From Haplodiscus bocki (lineage: Eukaryota), in the NCBI GenBank assembly GCA_965655095.1, contig OZ296648.1:79732001-79796000 (forward strand): a stretch of DNA of 64,000 nt, given 5' to 3'. Both the position numbers and the translations under genes were made by a program. Positions 1-13,689 of this stretch are shown one piece after another. The notes below the pieces were generated by a model. That model was not told the origin of the DNA. It searched no databases and saw only the letters and a list, made by a program, of their open reading frames with translations. The stretch's first letter is position 1. The number at the start of each line of letters is the position of its first letter.

Positions 1-497
1 TGATGGAGACTTTAATTCAAAAACCAATTCCCCTACTGAACGTATTTCTAAGTCTGAAAACAAAACAAAGGAAATAGGCGGAGAAGTTAAACACCCTAGT
101 GAGTAAGAAGGTGACATCATAGTTTTCGATGATATATTAGGTTCAACAAATAGCAAACATACAGATCATTTATTCATTAGAGGAGGGCATAACAATTCAG
201 ATGTATAACATATATCACAGTCCTGTTGTGATTTACCAAAAAGAAACATAACAATTATTAGTAATGGAATGTTTTTTTAAACAAACTTTAAAAGTTATGG
301 AAAACATATACAGAGATATTGCTGTCTATGACACGATTTATCTCGAATTCAAAGATTTATGTCGTAAGGCACTGGAAGAAATTTTCAATTTCCTTTGCAT
401 TCAGAGATCTACAAATAGAGATCAAGGAAGATATTGTATTTACAATGAAACCAAATACACATACATTAAATGTACTCCTGAAACAGTGCCTTTTTAA
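1..497 (+). pseudogene. Polinton A32/FtsK-like DNA packaging ATPase, C-terminal part
   Basis: Translation from ~101: GDIIVFDDILGSTNSKHTDHLFIRGGHNNSDV*HISQSCCDLPKRNI, i.e. Walker B (IVFDD), an RGRH-type motif and an SQ..DLPK motif. Continues after a frameshift in ORF 264-497. Confidence 0.85.
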
Positions 498-639
498 TAA
501 TTTAAAGGGTGCAAAGCACCCTTTCGGACCTCTCGGGTCAAACGAGAGTGTAAAAACACTATCTGCGTTTTGCAAACTTATTGAGAGTGTAAAAACTTCT
601 TTGATTCCTTTTGAAACTCTAAAAGTGTTGTAATCAATC

Positions 640-1570
640 AAAACTAGAGATAATAAGCAAAGAAAATAAAAAATAAACGAATTAGCATTATTACAAAATC
701 AAGTAAAAGCTTTAAGACGACAAGATGCACTAGGACAACAAAAACTTGATGAGGATTTGAAAGAATTGTTTGAAACCGTCACTAAACGACTGAAAGTTCA
801 TCTGAAGGTGTAACAGAAACCATGATGGTGATCTCTGAAAAGGGCAGTGAAAAAACTACAGACTTAAACAAAAAACTCTCAGAAGTAATGAATGATAATC
901 GGTTTTTAGCATCTTAGTTGCTGTATTTTTTTTCTAGAGTCACTGGCCCCGCACATACTAATGAGTATAAACCAATACAGGAGCTTTAATCAAATTGGTT
1001 GAGGGATCTATTAAAAAATAAATTAACACCAGTCACTCTTTATGGCATTTTGTTAACATTCCGTGATAAAAACAAAAAGCTTGTATTGAAAAAAAAATCT
1101 TGTGAAAATGATAACTTATATAGACTACAATGTTGATCTGGCTATAATACAGGACAAAAAAATGGTTATTGAATTTGCAAAGGAAAAATAATTTTGATGA
1201 AAAAGCTCTAGGTAAAAAAGAGAAGAGATAAATCTTTCATTGGGTTGCTTAAATCACCTGCTGTTATGGCAGGGTCTCTCGAAGAGAACATTTTTTCAAA
1301 ATCAAAGACCTGAAACTCAAAAGAATCAAAAAGAATATGGTTCTCATCTGATTCTATTGAACTTTGTGGTGGATTAAAAAAGATGATACAAAAAAACAAG
1401 CTGGAAACAAATTAACATATTTAACGAAGAAATTAATGCTATAGCAGATAATAAATTAGAATACAAATGTATATCTACGAAACAACATTCAACCTTGGTG
1501 GAGATATGTCTTCTCAGAGTCAATTTTTGAAATATGCAAATTTTTTGCTAATTAGATGTTTAAACTAACT
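640..1570 (+). pseudogene. Polinton accessory protein remnant(s), function unknown
   Basis: Broken frames read LGQQKLDEDLKELFETVTK and FSSDSIELCGGLKKMIQKKQAGNK...NAIADNKLEYKCISTKQH. These resemble the SDPxEL.RL..L..EK.AGN type of Polinton uncharacterised ORF (recognised by eye). Confidence 0.55.
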
Positions 1571-1576
1571 GAAAGT

Positions 1577-2890
1577 ATGAAAGACATCGAAGAAACGTAA
1601 AATGTGAATTTATCAGATATTCACCATCAGAAACAAGCATAAAAAAACAGCTAAAAGTCAAAGATATTTTTTCATACCTAAAGAAGTCTCTGTCAAATAA
1701 TTGATAATTAGTTTATTTGATATAAATTTTAGCCGTCAGTTTATTTTCCCTTTTGGTTTATTTTGGTTTATAAAAGGGAATAGTTTATTGATTTAAATTT
1801 AAATTTAATCAGTCGTCAAATCTGATGATAATTCCAGATAGGCAAACGCCAATGATATACGAGTAGTCAATTTGGATCCATTTGCTTTTTTAAAATGACT
1901 ACGAACAGTGGGAAACTGTTGGATGAAAAAAATTATGCTCAAAATGTGAGTTTAATGTGTGAAATTAAAAATAGTGTTAAAGATAGCAATGATTTATCTA
2001 CCGGATTTCATCGTGATCGTGATATGAAAGAGCGTGTGTTAACTAATAACAAAAATGGGAAACGGGAAAATCATGTTAAAATTACGCTCAGAGAAATTTT
2101 CTGTTTTGCAGGGCATCAAGAAAAAGCTACATATGGTTGAGGATATATATTAACATTAAATATGAACAGTAAAAATGCCATGTTGAGCAAGACTGAAACA
2201 ATCACCCACGCTAAAAATGTTATTATTTTTGCCCAATAGTATGTATCTCATTACACGCCTTCCATTCCCCATCAAGCTTTATTATCTAAATAAAATACAA
2301 ATAGAACATCCACGGGGCTTCGATATATAAAAAGGTTTTTTTTTGAAAGATGTATATATTCAAAACTTATTGACCTTCGAAACAAGATCTCAACAAGTTA
2401 TGAATGTTTTTTTCTGGATAATTTTAGGACTTCAACAGAGAGAAAAACAAAAGTCACAAAATTTAAACAATGACAATTTTTGCAGAGGACCGGTTACTAA
2501 AGCTCAAAGCATAATTGGAACTGAAAAATAACCTGCTGCTGGCAAAGTATTGAAATATGATGATGATGATGATTTTTTCACGACTATAGACAAATTAAAG
2601 AAGCTTTTAGAGCTCGAACAAAAGATGACATTCTTCAACCATGTATATCTGTCTATAATATTAGATCAACTAATGTTAATGCTGCAGGAGAAGCAACAGA
2701 TAATGTTGGTTATAGTTCATATGTTTTTGAGATACGATATCAAATAAAAATTACAGTTGCCCAACCAAATGAATTAGGAATTGAAATTGATGGAGTTGTT
2801 TTTGATAAAAGAATATTGTAATGCTTTAGTATTAACAAATGAATTGGTGAGTGTGAGTAATGATGGCAAAACCATTTCGATTTAAAATAC
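1577..2890 (+). pseudogene. Probable Polinton major capsid protein (double jelly-roll, PY)
   Basis: About 430 codons in broken frames: KCEFIRYSPSE, DIRVVNLDPFAF, ITLREIFCFAGHQEKATYG, WIILGLQQREKQKSQNLNNDNF, AQSIIGTEK, YVFEIRYQ, ALVLTNELVSV. Size, beta-rich composition and position between ATPase and integrase fit an MCP. Confidence 0.7.
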
Positions 2891-2924
2891 GTCTGAGGCT
2901 TTCACAACGCTATGATTCTATTGG

Positions 2925-3771
2925 AATCCCAAATTTTTTCAGAACTTATTTGTTTGTTTTCCAGGTTAACTTCGACTTTTTCAATAATGATTAATTATAA
3001 CGCTCAGGTAGACTAATATTCTGATAAGCTGGTATTGTATCTTTATGGACTTTAGTAATTTCGTGTATTTTATAACTCTAGTTAATTGTCTCTCCTTGTG
3101 AGGATGTTTTTGTTATATCTGCTGTTCTAACGAGATCTCCTGATTTTTAATCTAGTTTTGTTTATTTTCTTTTGATTAAAAAGAATTGGTATACGTATAT
3201 ATTCTTAAAAAAACTTGGATTGTGTTGATTTGGTGGCAGAATGTATTCTGTTAAAAAATTGCCTTGTTTTTGTGGGTGAAACGTCAGTACAATTACCATC
3301 ATACTGTTCAAAAACAGATTTTCATGGAAGATTTGTAAAAGTACCCTTAAAGATTTGAAAAACACCATTAAAGCTCCAAAGAGGTATTCCACGTTTTTCC
3401 GGACCATCTTTCAAGGTTTTTGGTTTGTAAGAGATTAGTAAAGATTTCCTGTACAAATTCTTTCCCTGGTCTGTCTCAATCGAAGCTGGTTTTTTTGAAG
3501 TCAGCAAAACATTGTCAAAAAAATTTGTATTGGGTTGAGCATTTTTGCTTTTCAAAAGATCTGTCCATGCAAATTTTGAGAAATTGTCAATCATATTCAA
3601 AACATATCTATAACCTGTAATTTTTTCAGGGCCGTAACCAAATAAATCTGATATATCTAAACTCCAAGTGTCATCAATAAGATAATCGTCAGTGTTGTTG
3701 CTGATATTTTTCTTTTTTGGTGCCTTAGAAAAAATCTGAGCTATATATTTACAAAATGCTCTCTGAGTCAT
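2925..3771 (-). pseudogene. Polinton retroviral-like (rve) integrase
   Basis: ORF 3322-3771 has IDDTWSLDISDL...GYRYVLNMIDNFSKFAW...SIETDQGK (first two catalytic Asp motifs). A frameshifted C-terminus has GDLVRTADI near 3140. Confidence 0.9.
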
Positions 3772-3811
3772 ACAGCTAACTTAAAAGTTTGCAGGGTCAC
3801 TTCGTGAATCT

Positions 3812-3865
3812 CATTGTACCTTTACTCCCTTGGTTTAGCATTGTACCTTTACTCCCTTGGTTTAG
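3812..3865 (+). repeat. Perfect 27-bp tandem duplication
   Basis: CATTGTACCTTTACTCCCTTGGTTTAG occurs twice in tandem between the integrase and pPolB remnants. Confidence 0.9.
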
Positions 3866-3949
3866 TTTCTATAATTTTCATATATGACCTTTTATCATCA
3901 CAAACACTTACGGAATTTTCTATAATCTTTTCCGTATGCATATCTTGAT

Positions 3950-6900
3950 TGATTGATCATACGACATAAATATCACTTTCCTTTTGATGGTCTTTAAGAT
4001 AAAGGCATTTATAAAACTCTTCAACTCTTCAAATGATATATTATTTTAAACTGGTTTTGTAAAGCCTTTCGAAGTAGTTTCACTAACATCATCACAGTTA
4101 CAAGAGTGTGCTTTACTGCTCAAGCAAACAAGTTCGTCTAAACAATTGCTTCCGGTGTTTCTAGTTTATGTTGAACCTGGACCTTTTTTTTTATTTCTAA
4201 GAGAAGAATGCTTCTCGTTCAAAATACTGAAATTGAATTGATCTCTCGGACTTGTTCAATTCGTTAAAAATATCTGTAGTCCTTACACTCGAAAGAAAGT
4301 TTTCTGTATCTATGTAGAATATTTGTTTGTTATCTGGTCAAAAAAATGGTCGAAACATATCATAATATGTTTCATACAATTGGAACTTACTTAGCCCTAA
4401 CATGGTGTACTCTCATTTAAATGAAATATTCATCTCAATTTCAGTTTGCTGCATCAAATAACTATTGTATGCATCATTAGAAGTTTGAAGTTCATCAAAA
4501 ATTAATTGAAAATGGCGTGTAATCTTTTTTTTTCTCTGTTTTTTCAAGAAAATTTTAATAAAACCCCATCTCTAACAAATTCCATTATTTACCAAAAAAG
4601 CAAAGAACCATGTTTTTAGGTAAATCTTCCTCTAATTCAATTGCCGCAAAAACTCTTTTTTCATTATCAAAATCTAAAAAACGTTTCAACCAATGTTTTT
4701 ATTTCAAAGACACTATAACTTGTGTTTTTTCCACAATCATACCATGTCTCAAAAAAAATTCAAATTCCAAAAAAATGCTAAATAGTTTTTCCATACAATT
4801 CAAATTTCCGTTTTGTGTAAATGATTAAGGTTTTAATTTGTTTATATATTCAGTAAATTTATCTTGAGAACGTTTTTTTTCGTGGCAAAAGGGTAATTAT
4901 CTTGATTTCGCTCCCATTTTTTCTGCTTATTTTGAATCAACTTCAAGAAAAAAACCAACTTCACTATTGGTTGACTTCTTTAAAAATACATCTAAATTAG
5001 TAGCATTGTCAAACACAAAAACCATATAAGGTGAAGTCATTGCACAACCATAAAAAATATTTGCACGTGTATGTTCGATCTTTGTATTTTCATCTGATTT
5101 AAAATATCTACTGCCCATGACAGCTGAAAATCGAATAGAGTTACTCCTTCTTAATAGTAGCATATCTTTTTCGTAAGAATTCTGTAAATTTTGTTTTGTA
5201 TGTTTCAAGCCACATTGCACAGTATATCCAGGAAGAGGAACAAAATGAAATGGATTATTGCCATTCCCTTTCTAGGACAATTTGATAAGTTTCTCAAAAC
5301 ATTCTCCTAAGAGAATACCAACATTTTTAACATAAATGTGGATCAATTTTTCTGCCAGCGATTAATTAAAAAAGTTTAATAAATGCTTTTCTTCGCTCAA
5401 TTTCCGCAATTGCTGGTTAAGGTTGTGATAAGTTGTTATGATAATCAACTCCTGTTGAATTGCAAAGCGGTTTCTCATAATTTTTGTGTATTAAAATATT
5501 CATATGCAAAGGCTGTTTTTGTATGTATCAAACTCCAATGCTCAGGAGAACTTGTTTTTCAAATTTTGAAAGTCACTTTTTTGTAATGTATCAACCAGTT
5601 TTTGTAAACTACTATGAAGGAATCTGAAACTGTCTAAGAGTTTTATATAACTATATGTAGGGAAAAAAATATCTCTCTAGTTTTTGGTATGACCTTAACC
5701 ATTTTTTCTTCCCAAACAATTAAAATTCTGAAAAGTAGATGGCAATCATAATATCAAAATTACTAAACTATTGTATCATAACCGGTAAAAAACAGCTTTT
5801 GTATTTCTTAACTTGTAGATTACAAATCTCATGAGAAGGTCGTCTTTACTTACCACTTAGATGACAATGGTCCGTAACTTCTACACCGTTTTCTGAATCA
5901 ATTTCTCTTCCACAAAGCCAGCATGTACTGGTGTTTTTGAATGATCAGCATCATCCTCACTCATCAATTTTTTCATAATTTCCTCATCAGTATTTTTTAA
6001 AATAGCACATCACCTTACTTTTTAGCCTAATTATTTCATCCACAACCCATTTAACAATAATTTCTTCAAATGGTGCTCTATAGTTACCAAATTTAAGGTC
6101 ATCGTCTAAATCATTCACAATATAACCAGTACAATCGGGATTTTGGTTATAATTGACTATAGTTTTAACCCCAACTTCATTGGCATTTGGAGTACCAAGT
6201 TTTTTTATTCTTTTACACTCGAAACCTGCATAAATTCTAAAACATATTGGTGTTTTGTAAAAAGAACATTTCCCATTTAGATAGTTCTTTTAAGGTAGTT
6301 TATTAGATGCTACTTCAATTCTGTCACTCATTATTCTTGCTTTTATACAACTTCTTGAGATGAAAAAAACTTTTACACCTTCGACAATTAACGCCTTACC
6401 CCCTAATACCAATACATCTATAAATTTTTCCAATAAAGATTTTTTGATTTCAATATAAAATTAAATAAACAACACCATTTTCTGTCGCGGTATAAAAAAC
6501 ACTATTCTAAAGTGATGAGAATTTACAGTCCTCAATGATAGTTTGTGTGGCTCCAAAAATTGGTTTTTCGACCGGTGTGAAAATAATAAAAAGTCAACTT
6601 TATTTCTGAACTTTTTTTACCTCGCGGCATTCAAAAAGTTGCCAAAATCAAAGTTATTTGAGTTCAACTCACTTAAAAGTGTTACATCATTAGATACCTT
6701 TCTAAAAATTCTATTTAATGGAAGAAAGTGAGCTAAAGTAGACCATCAGAAGCACATGTTGTTCAAAATTCAATGATGCAGATGTAAAATAAAACATTGA
6801 TTTAACATACGTTCCTTCTCTTCTGAATTCTTCATTTTTGTAAAATTATTTTATCAATGGAACTCGCTTATTATACACCCACCCAGGTTCTCCTACTTCA

Positions 6901-8345
6901 ATGCTTTGTATACGGCTCTTAACTTCTGATACTTTATCTGTTTTGTTTATTTGATTCTCAGTTGAATTGTGTTGCCTTTTTAACTTAAAATACGTCTTTT
7001 TAATGCTCTCCATTGTCTTCAAGTAATTTTATAAACTCTGCTGGAAAAACTACATGACTTTTGAAATTTGTTCGTTTGTATAATGTAGAAAATTTATGTT
7101 CCACTTCTCTGTAAAATTCATCAAAATCATCCTCACTAAAAAATCTATACCTCTAAAGACGCGTTACAGTTAATTTGGAATTTGTGCAACGAAAATCGTT
7201 GAAATTATTCTAAATGCTATAGTCTTGCTGAAAGTTTTCATCAATAAATTAGAAGGGGTTAATCAATTTCTCAGTCATTTCTCTCTCTCTAGTTCTCTTC
7301 TGGTAAACCTAAATGTTCTTTAGCTAATTGAAACAGTAGTTTGGGTTGATCTAGCATTGCTTTTTGTCGTGTGTCTGGCTCTGCTTCTTGTCCCAAAGCT
7401 GACATGTTTCTGAATTGATTTAGAGATTTCAAATAATTACTGAAGGAGTGTTTATTTATACTAATATTACAGAAACCACATCTTTTATTTTTTTCATTTG
7501 CATTGTTTTGGGTTTCTATCTTATTCAATTTTTCGAAATGTTTTTCACTTAAATTGCATTTAGCATGCGGGAGTTTATGTAAATCTTATTACCGGTTTTA
7601 CATTTGTAAATGATGTCAATAATTCTTGTCAAATCATATAGTATATATTCAGAGGATTGATTTGAATTTTACGTCCATATTTACGTATATTTGTTTCTAT
7701 TTTTGGTATTGCTATGGCATAGGAGACGGAAAAAAGAACAAACGATTTTTGAATTGGAACTCCAGAAAAGTGCAAAGCAATCAGTTCTTTAAAATCCATT
7801 GCTTATAATTATAAAACAGTGAATTTTTCCCATCAATGATCGTTTTATTTTTGCTTGGATCTTCAGACAGTGTTTCAAAAAATTCTAAAGGCGCTTTTAT
7901 TATACGTAGTTTTAAATTATCAGAAATATTTATACATGATAGGCTTGAAACAATTTGTTTGTTAAATATATCATTTCATTCAATCTGTATCCATCTTTTT
8001 CGTAATTATCAAAATTTTCACACAATCTTTCAATTTGGGATAAGATTAATTTAAAACCGTTAAATATTTTAAAACAAAATACTTCACCGGAAGTTTTGTG
8101 TTTGAGTTTTATATCATTTTGACCTTTATACTAGAAAGCATGAATACATTTATCTTAACAATCTTTCACCACGCCTTTAAGTCAATTATCTATTTGAGTG
8201 GTTTCCATAAAAAAATGTTTTTCTTCCACAGTGAAAACGAATCATTCTCCGCGCTTGTGAAATTTAGATCCTATATACATCCGGATTTACTTTTGAAAAT
8301 CTAATTTTTATCACATAAACGACAATACCATGTTCTGTTGCTCAT
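3950..8345 (-). pseudogene. Protein-primed family B DNA polymerase (pPolB) with endonuclease-VII-like insert and upstream Cys-pair motifs
   Basis: Minus-strand motifs: FRIYAGFE (ExoI, ~6230); CWLC...VTDHCHLSGK..HEICNL (EndoVII-like, ~5820-5925); QCGLKHT...RANIFYGCAMTSPY (motif A); K..FFGK (motif B, ~4600); YIDTE (motif C, ~4310). Upstream CxxC motifs lie at ~7470 and ~8320. Confidence 0.85.
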
Positions 8346-8399
8346 TTTCACCATTACAATTTTGAAAAAATTGAAATTGTTCTCAATTTTATGTCCACT

Positions 8400-8900
8400 T
8401 ATACGTATTTTTTGAACAGAAACTTCCTAGATTTTTTTTGAAATTTTCGGATTTTTGTTATTAAAAGTTTTTAAAAATTATAGGTTTTTTTGACATTAAG
8501 TTTTTTAATTTTTTTGTTTTTTTACTGTTTCGATTTTTTGATTTTTACTTCTTAAAAATTTAAATTTTTCTAGGCTTTTTATTTTTAATTTGATTTTTTT
8601 CTTTACCTTTTAGTTTTTGGTTTTTAGTTTTTTTTAACTTTAGGTTTTTAGTTTTCTTAAAAATATATGTTTTTAAATAACTAACAAGTCTTTCGTTTTT
8701 TGATTTTCTTTGTGTTCATTTGCAAAAGTTTTTGAATTTGAAGTTTTTTATTTTTTTACTCTGTTATTTTCCTTTAATTTCTATATTTTCCGTTTCCTTA
8801 GGTTTTTTTTTATTTTTTAATTTTTAAATTTTTTGATTTTTTTATTTTTTCAAATTTGATTTTAGTTTTTTGAATTTTATTTCTTTTTATTTTTTTCTAG
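8400..8900. repeat. T-rich low-complexity tract
   Basis: About 500 bp dominated by T runs, immediately upstream of the pPolB reading region. Confidence 0.85.
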
Positions 8901-11749
8901 CAATAAAAATCGCAATTCAATGTAGATTATAACATTTTTTATTGGAGGAGCCAGCGTGACTCGTTGAGTCCACATTTGACAATATTGGAACAAGTATTCA
9001 TGGAGGTGTCCTTGAAAACTATCTGCCAGCCACCATAACTTTTCAATAAATTCAATCAAGGAAAAACAGAATTCAGTGGCTTACTTTTCAATTTCGTTTT
9101 TTCAATTTCATAACTTTCGTACTCCATTGGGCGTCAAGAAATTCTTTATGAAAAAGTAAAAAACATTGACGCTCACTTGAATATGCAGGCACACTTTTGT
9201 GTACTATCAGTGATGAATTTTGAATTGGTGAAGAGGAAAAGTGGTGATTTTTTAATTAGTGGATACACAGTTTTGTTAATATAAGGTGCATGTGTTTTTG
9301 TAACATTTTTTCTCAATTCTTTGTCCGCATAATATTTTACGTTCTATGTGGTATGCAAATAAGGTACGTTTAATATGAAACGTCCTACTTCTGATATGAA
9401 TTACATGTGTTTTTTTTTGAGATAATAATTACAGGAAACGTCTTAAATCTGATGTTAATTAGATAAAAAAAGGCGAAAGCCGTTTTTTCTCTTAATCACA
9501 AAAATAGGTTTTTCCGGTGTTAATTACAGAAAAATATTCAAATTATGGTTGTAAATCATATCATAGATTAACGTCGTCTTTTCTGATATGAAAGGCATAT
9601 TTATACACAACACTCGTTCTCAATAACCAAGAGAACTTATAATAACAACCAAAGATTTTTTTTAAATTTCGAGATTATGGAACGAACTGGGATTCTTTCT
9701 CTTTCGGTCCCTCCTTGTCAGTCGAACAATCTGACACCGATCCATTACAAAATTTCACCACTTCATTTTCACAAGCGCCAAATAATTTCCACTTCGATTC
9801 ATGACAATGACTCAAATAACCCAAAAAAATATCATGTCTCCAGCTGGTGCAATCGGCACTAATGTTTCCAATATTTCACTCCGATAATCGTCTCCTCATG
9901 TTCTACGTAAGTCTGAACCAAAACAAGCTAATTACTTTCTTGAACTGGAACCTAAAACATGCCAACCGAATTCCCATCACTTCACAAATTCTTAACATTT
10001 GACCTTTTTGAAAACTCTGCAGGAACTGAACTTTATTTCTGTCTTCAAATTTGAGAAGGAATAAAAAACACCGCTTCTCAAGAAAATCAGGGGTAAACCC
10101 AGGGGATAATTTTCACATGATTTGCCTTGTGAGTTTGGATCAAAAAATTTAACAATTTTTCAAAACTGAGCTTTTGTAAACAGTCAAAATTTTCAAAATA
10201 GGTGAGTATTTTCAACCCGCTTCCTAATTTTGCTTAATTTAGATAGTAACCAGAAAACAACTTACCCAAACTCCCGCATTCTGAGAGAGCCAATGCAATC
10301 CGACAAAAAATATCATCCTAAAAATATTTCTGTGTTTCATGATATTTTTCCAAGGGTTTTCAACAATCACATTTTGATCCCCAAACAACTGCACCAAGAA
10401 GAACGCAATTTCTGTAGTTTTCCTCCAGAGCAACAACTGAAATATTTGCAGCACCCTGTTTAGTATTCGACAAACCTCACCTTGGTCACTATATCGATCT
10501 AACTGTTGCCGATTATTCCTCCATAGTTCAATACAACCCATACTCAGTGGCACTCTTCTAAATGCCGACCGTGACTTGTCACCCTGATTCATATTGATAT
10601 TGAAGACGACTCGTCACTAAATGTTCTTCACTCTCTTCCATTGATGATATCAACAAAATTCCACCGGCAAAAAACTCAGAAATTGACAAAACGTTCACCT
10701 CAAATATTTGTCACTTGAAGTGTGACCTCTGATAATCTATGGTGTCAAATGTGTGGTGTAACCCATATGAAAAAATTAACCACTCATTTTTGCCGTGGTT
10801 TCAAACATTTTGTGCTCATTTGATGTAGAAGGTGTTTTTCAATTCAAAAAATTTAAGTAAAATCTTCTCGACTTTTATATCTTGCTTCCTGAATTATTCC
10901 TTCTTTGTGAGGGGCACTGGAGGGGCTAGTGCTTTTCTTTCAAAACTGCGAACTTCCCGCAAAATATTACAATGGTCCTGAAGTTTAAACTTTGGTTCAC
11001 GTCATTTACTCTGAAGAAAATTGCTTGGTTGAAATTGAAGCGTAGGTCAAACATGCCCGAAATTCAACAACGTCGAAATGTGAAGTCAACATAGCAATGG
11101 ATATTTCTCTCTTTCAATGGCAACAACAATGTCAATGTTCATTGTGGAGTTTCGCTAACCTAGTGAAGTTTCAAGAAAGAAAAGCTGGAAAGAGGACACC
11201 AAGAAGAAGAGTCGCGTCACTAGTGTGTACGAGCTCCTGCTCAGTTGAAAAAGTCCATTCGTTTCAGAAATCTTATTCTGACACCTGGAAAAGACATCTT
11301 AACATACCTCCACGAAAGTGTAACTCACCATGAAAAACTGTAAATCAAAACGAACACAAAAAGTGAAACCAATATGAAATTCTTAGTTAACGCTCGTTCC
11401 AATTTTCGATCCCTATTCGAGAGCCCAAGGCATTTCTTTGAAACACGGGCGGTGTGCTATATTTTGCATTCCGTTTTTGATTGTAAAAATACTGTAAATT
11501 AGAGATTTGTTTCTGCATTTCTCAGAAGACGTTTGCTTCTGCCGATATCAATATTTCTCTTTACTGTACCTGCCTTTTTGACGGTATATATCCGTTTTGA
11601 TATCTCCCCAGAAGATCGACGATTAAGGAACTATAGAGTTTCATGAGACTAAGTCCGATTTTTTAAAAAGTGCTTTAGAGCAAACTAAGCAATTCCACAA
11701 CAAAAGCTTCATTGTTTAAAAAGCTCCCAATCGAAAAAAAATTCTTTAT

Positions 11750-12070
11750 TCTAAAATAATACCCCACGCACTGGCTCTCTTCTTTTCCCGCACTTTCTCA
11801 CATTTCTCCGTGTGCAAAGTGTTTGAGACTTCGTGTCTTTGGTTTCTTCTGTCGGTTCAGCTCCCTGGTCGTGCAGATTTTTAAAAACGATTGGAACTTT
11901 CAGGATATTCAATCTCATCTTCCGCTCAAACTGGAGAATCAAAAAATGGATTTTTCCGCAACATACTTAATAAAAACATCAAATCTCGACAAAATCACAT
12001 TGTGCTTGAGACTTCATATCTCCGGTTTTCTTTCTTGATCCAGTTGTCAAAGAAACCACCGCTGCTGAGA
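11750..12070 (-). pseudogene. Highly decayed Gypsy-type gag fragment
   Basis: MILQFERKMRLNILKVP resembles IVTHLERELELNSLEYP in the intact gag at 23535, and is followed by a Cys-containing knuckle-like remnant. Confidence 0.4.
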
Positions 12071-13473
12071 AGTAAGAACAATGTGGACATTCCAGAATTT
12101 TCAACCTCATGTTCCTCTAAAACAATAAGTTGGATTTTCTCCTTCCATATGTCATAAGACGAACATCTTTCTATAGAACAGCATGTGTCGAATAGGCCAA
12201 CTTCTTGTTTTCGTTACAGCAGTTATCAGATCGACCACAGGAGTTACAAAACAAAAAGATAAAGGGTTTCACAAGAAACTGATTTTTATGTAGCTCCCAA
12301 ACTAAAGATTAGATTTTCCCCCACAACATCTCCTTCAACAAATACAATTTTGTATGATTTTCTTCGAATAAAATAAAAGCTTGTTTTTGTACCCGAATTG
12401 GTTATGTGATAGACTTCCGAAACTGCCATCAGTACTATTTCTGTTTTCTTCGATCATGAGGATTTCTATCACATTTCTCCAAAACGACTGCATGGGTTTT
12501 CCCCACGAAGTACTCAGTCAAAAGTGTAGGACACTATTTTCTCTAGGTATTTCTTCGTTAATATATTTTTTGATTCACTCGCTTCAATCAATAAGTATCA
12601 TTATGAGTCGCGAAGAACAATAAGTACAACTACTGTTGATTTTCTTCCGTACATTATCGAAAAGAATATCAATTTTCTTCCAAACTACAATTTATACTTA
12701 TTCATTGGTGATGGCCGTGACAGACTGCTTTTAATAGATGACTTTTTGAAGAATTATTTTTTTTTCTAACCTGAATAAGTAACTTGTAATGTCTAGATTG
12801 CGAAAAGATCAACTTTTATCAAGCTTCGTAATTATTTGAGTTCATGTATCTCCAAACAATAAGCTATCTTGCCTTATGGTCTCCTTCATCAGTCTTTTAT
12901 GTACACACCCTTTTTCTGGTATTGTGATTTTGAATTGGCTCAAATACTTCAATTAGTATTATGGGTTCCAAAGAAGTCAGAGATTATGCTCGCTCAATGC
13001 AAATCAAGTTTCGTTTGTATTCAAACTCATGTATTTTCCAAACTACCGGTCAGCTTTTCTTACTAATTGCCCGAATCAACAATTTTGAGTGTGCACAACT
13101 CGTTTGAGAGAGTCAGTTGTGTGATTGGCCTCATCAACCTAAAATACAAACTATATGGACCTTCTATCAATGTCTCCAGCACGAAACACGACACCCGCGC
13201 AACAATCGAGTTACTCATAGTTTGTTTTTATTGCACGAAAAGCTTATTTATGTTATTCATGTTTGGATGCAATTTAAATGTATCTACTGCTCAAAACTTC
13301 AGCAAAATAAAAGTTAAAAGTCAAAGATTCAAAAAATTGCTGGTGATCGTCCTCTAACAAGAACTTCAACAAATAGAAAGACCGGCACACCAAAATTATA
13401 AAAACTCAGACCAAGAGTACCAGTACTGAAAGGAAAAGGAACCTGAATTTGCCTTTAAATTTTAAACATGACA

Positions 13474-13689
13474 TCCCAGTGTAACGAGTCATGGTAGGCT
13501 TGCCGAGATACATGGATATGCTTCCCATGATTTTGGTAAGATAAGATCTTGCTTAAAAACTATCGAGAACATCATGACCATGCGCGATCATGGCAAGGCT
13601 GCCAAGGGTCTTGCCAAGCTTCCCAAGTTTCTTCCATGTGTCTTGCCCAACCTATCAAGATTTTTTCCATCTATCTTCTTGTCACAGGG
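13474..13689. mobile_element. Small degenerate CCC...GGG TIR element with CATG/CTTG/CCAAG motif repeats
   Basis: Starts CCCAGTGTAACGAG and ends CTTGTCACAGGG (imperfect TIR). Its interior is related to 15760-15975 (shared TTCTTCCATGTG..TTGCCCA.CC.ATCAAGATT). Confidence 0.45.

Larger units (their letters stand above)
1..8350. mobile_element. Decayed Polinton/Maverick (endogenous adintovirus-like element), left end outside window
   Basis: Clustered remnants of an A32-like ATPase (+), a capsid-sized reading region (+), an rve integrase (-) and pPolB (-), all with stops and frameshifts. This gene set defines Polintons. Confidence 0.9.

Noticed and set aside
9700-11330. Possible decayed gag or other coding remnant
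   Set aside because: Only fleeting similarity (e.g. FDLFEN) and no ordered motif set.
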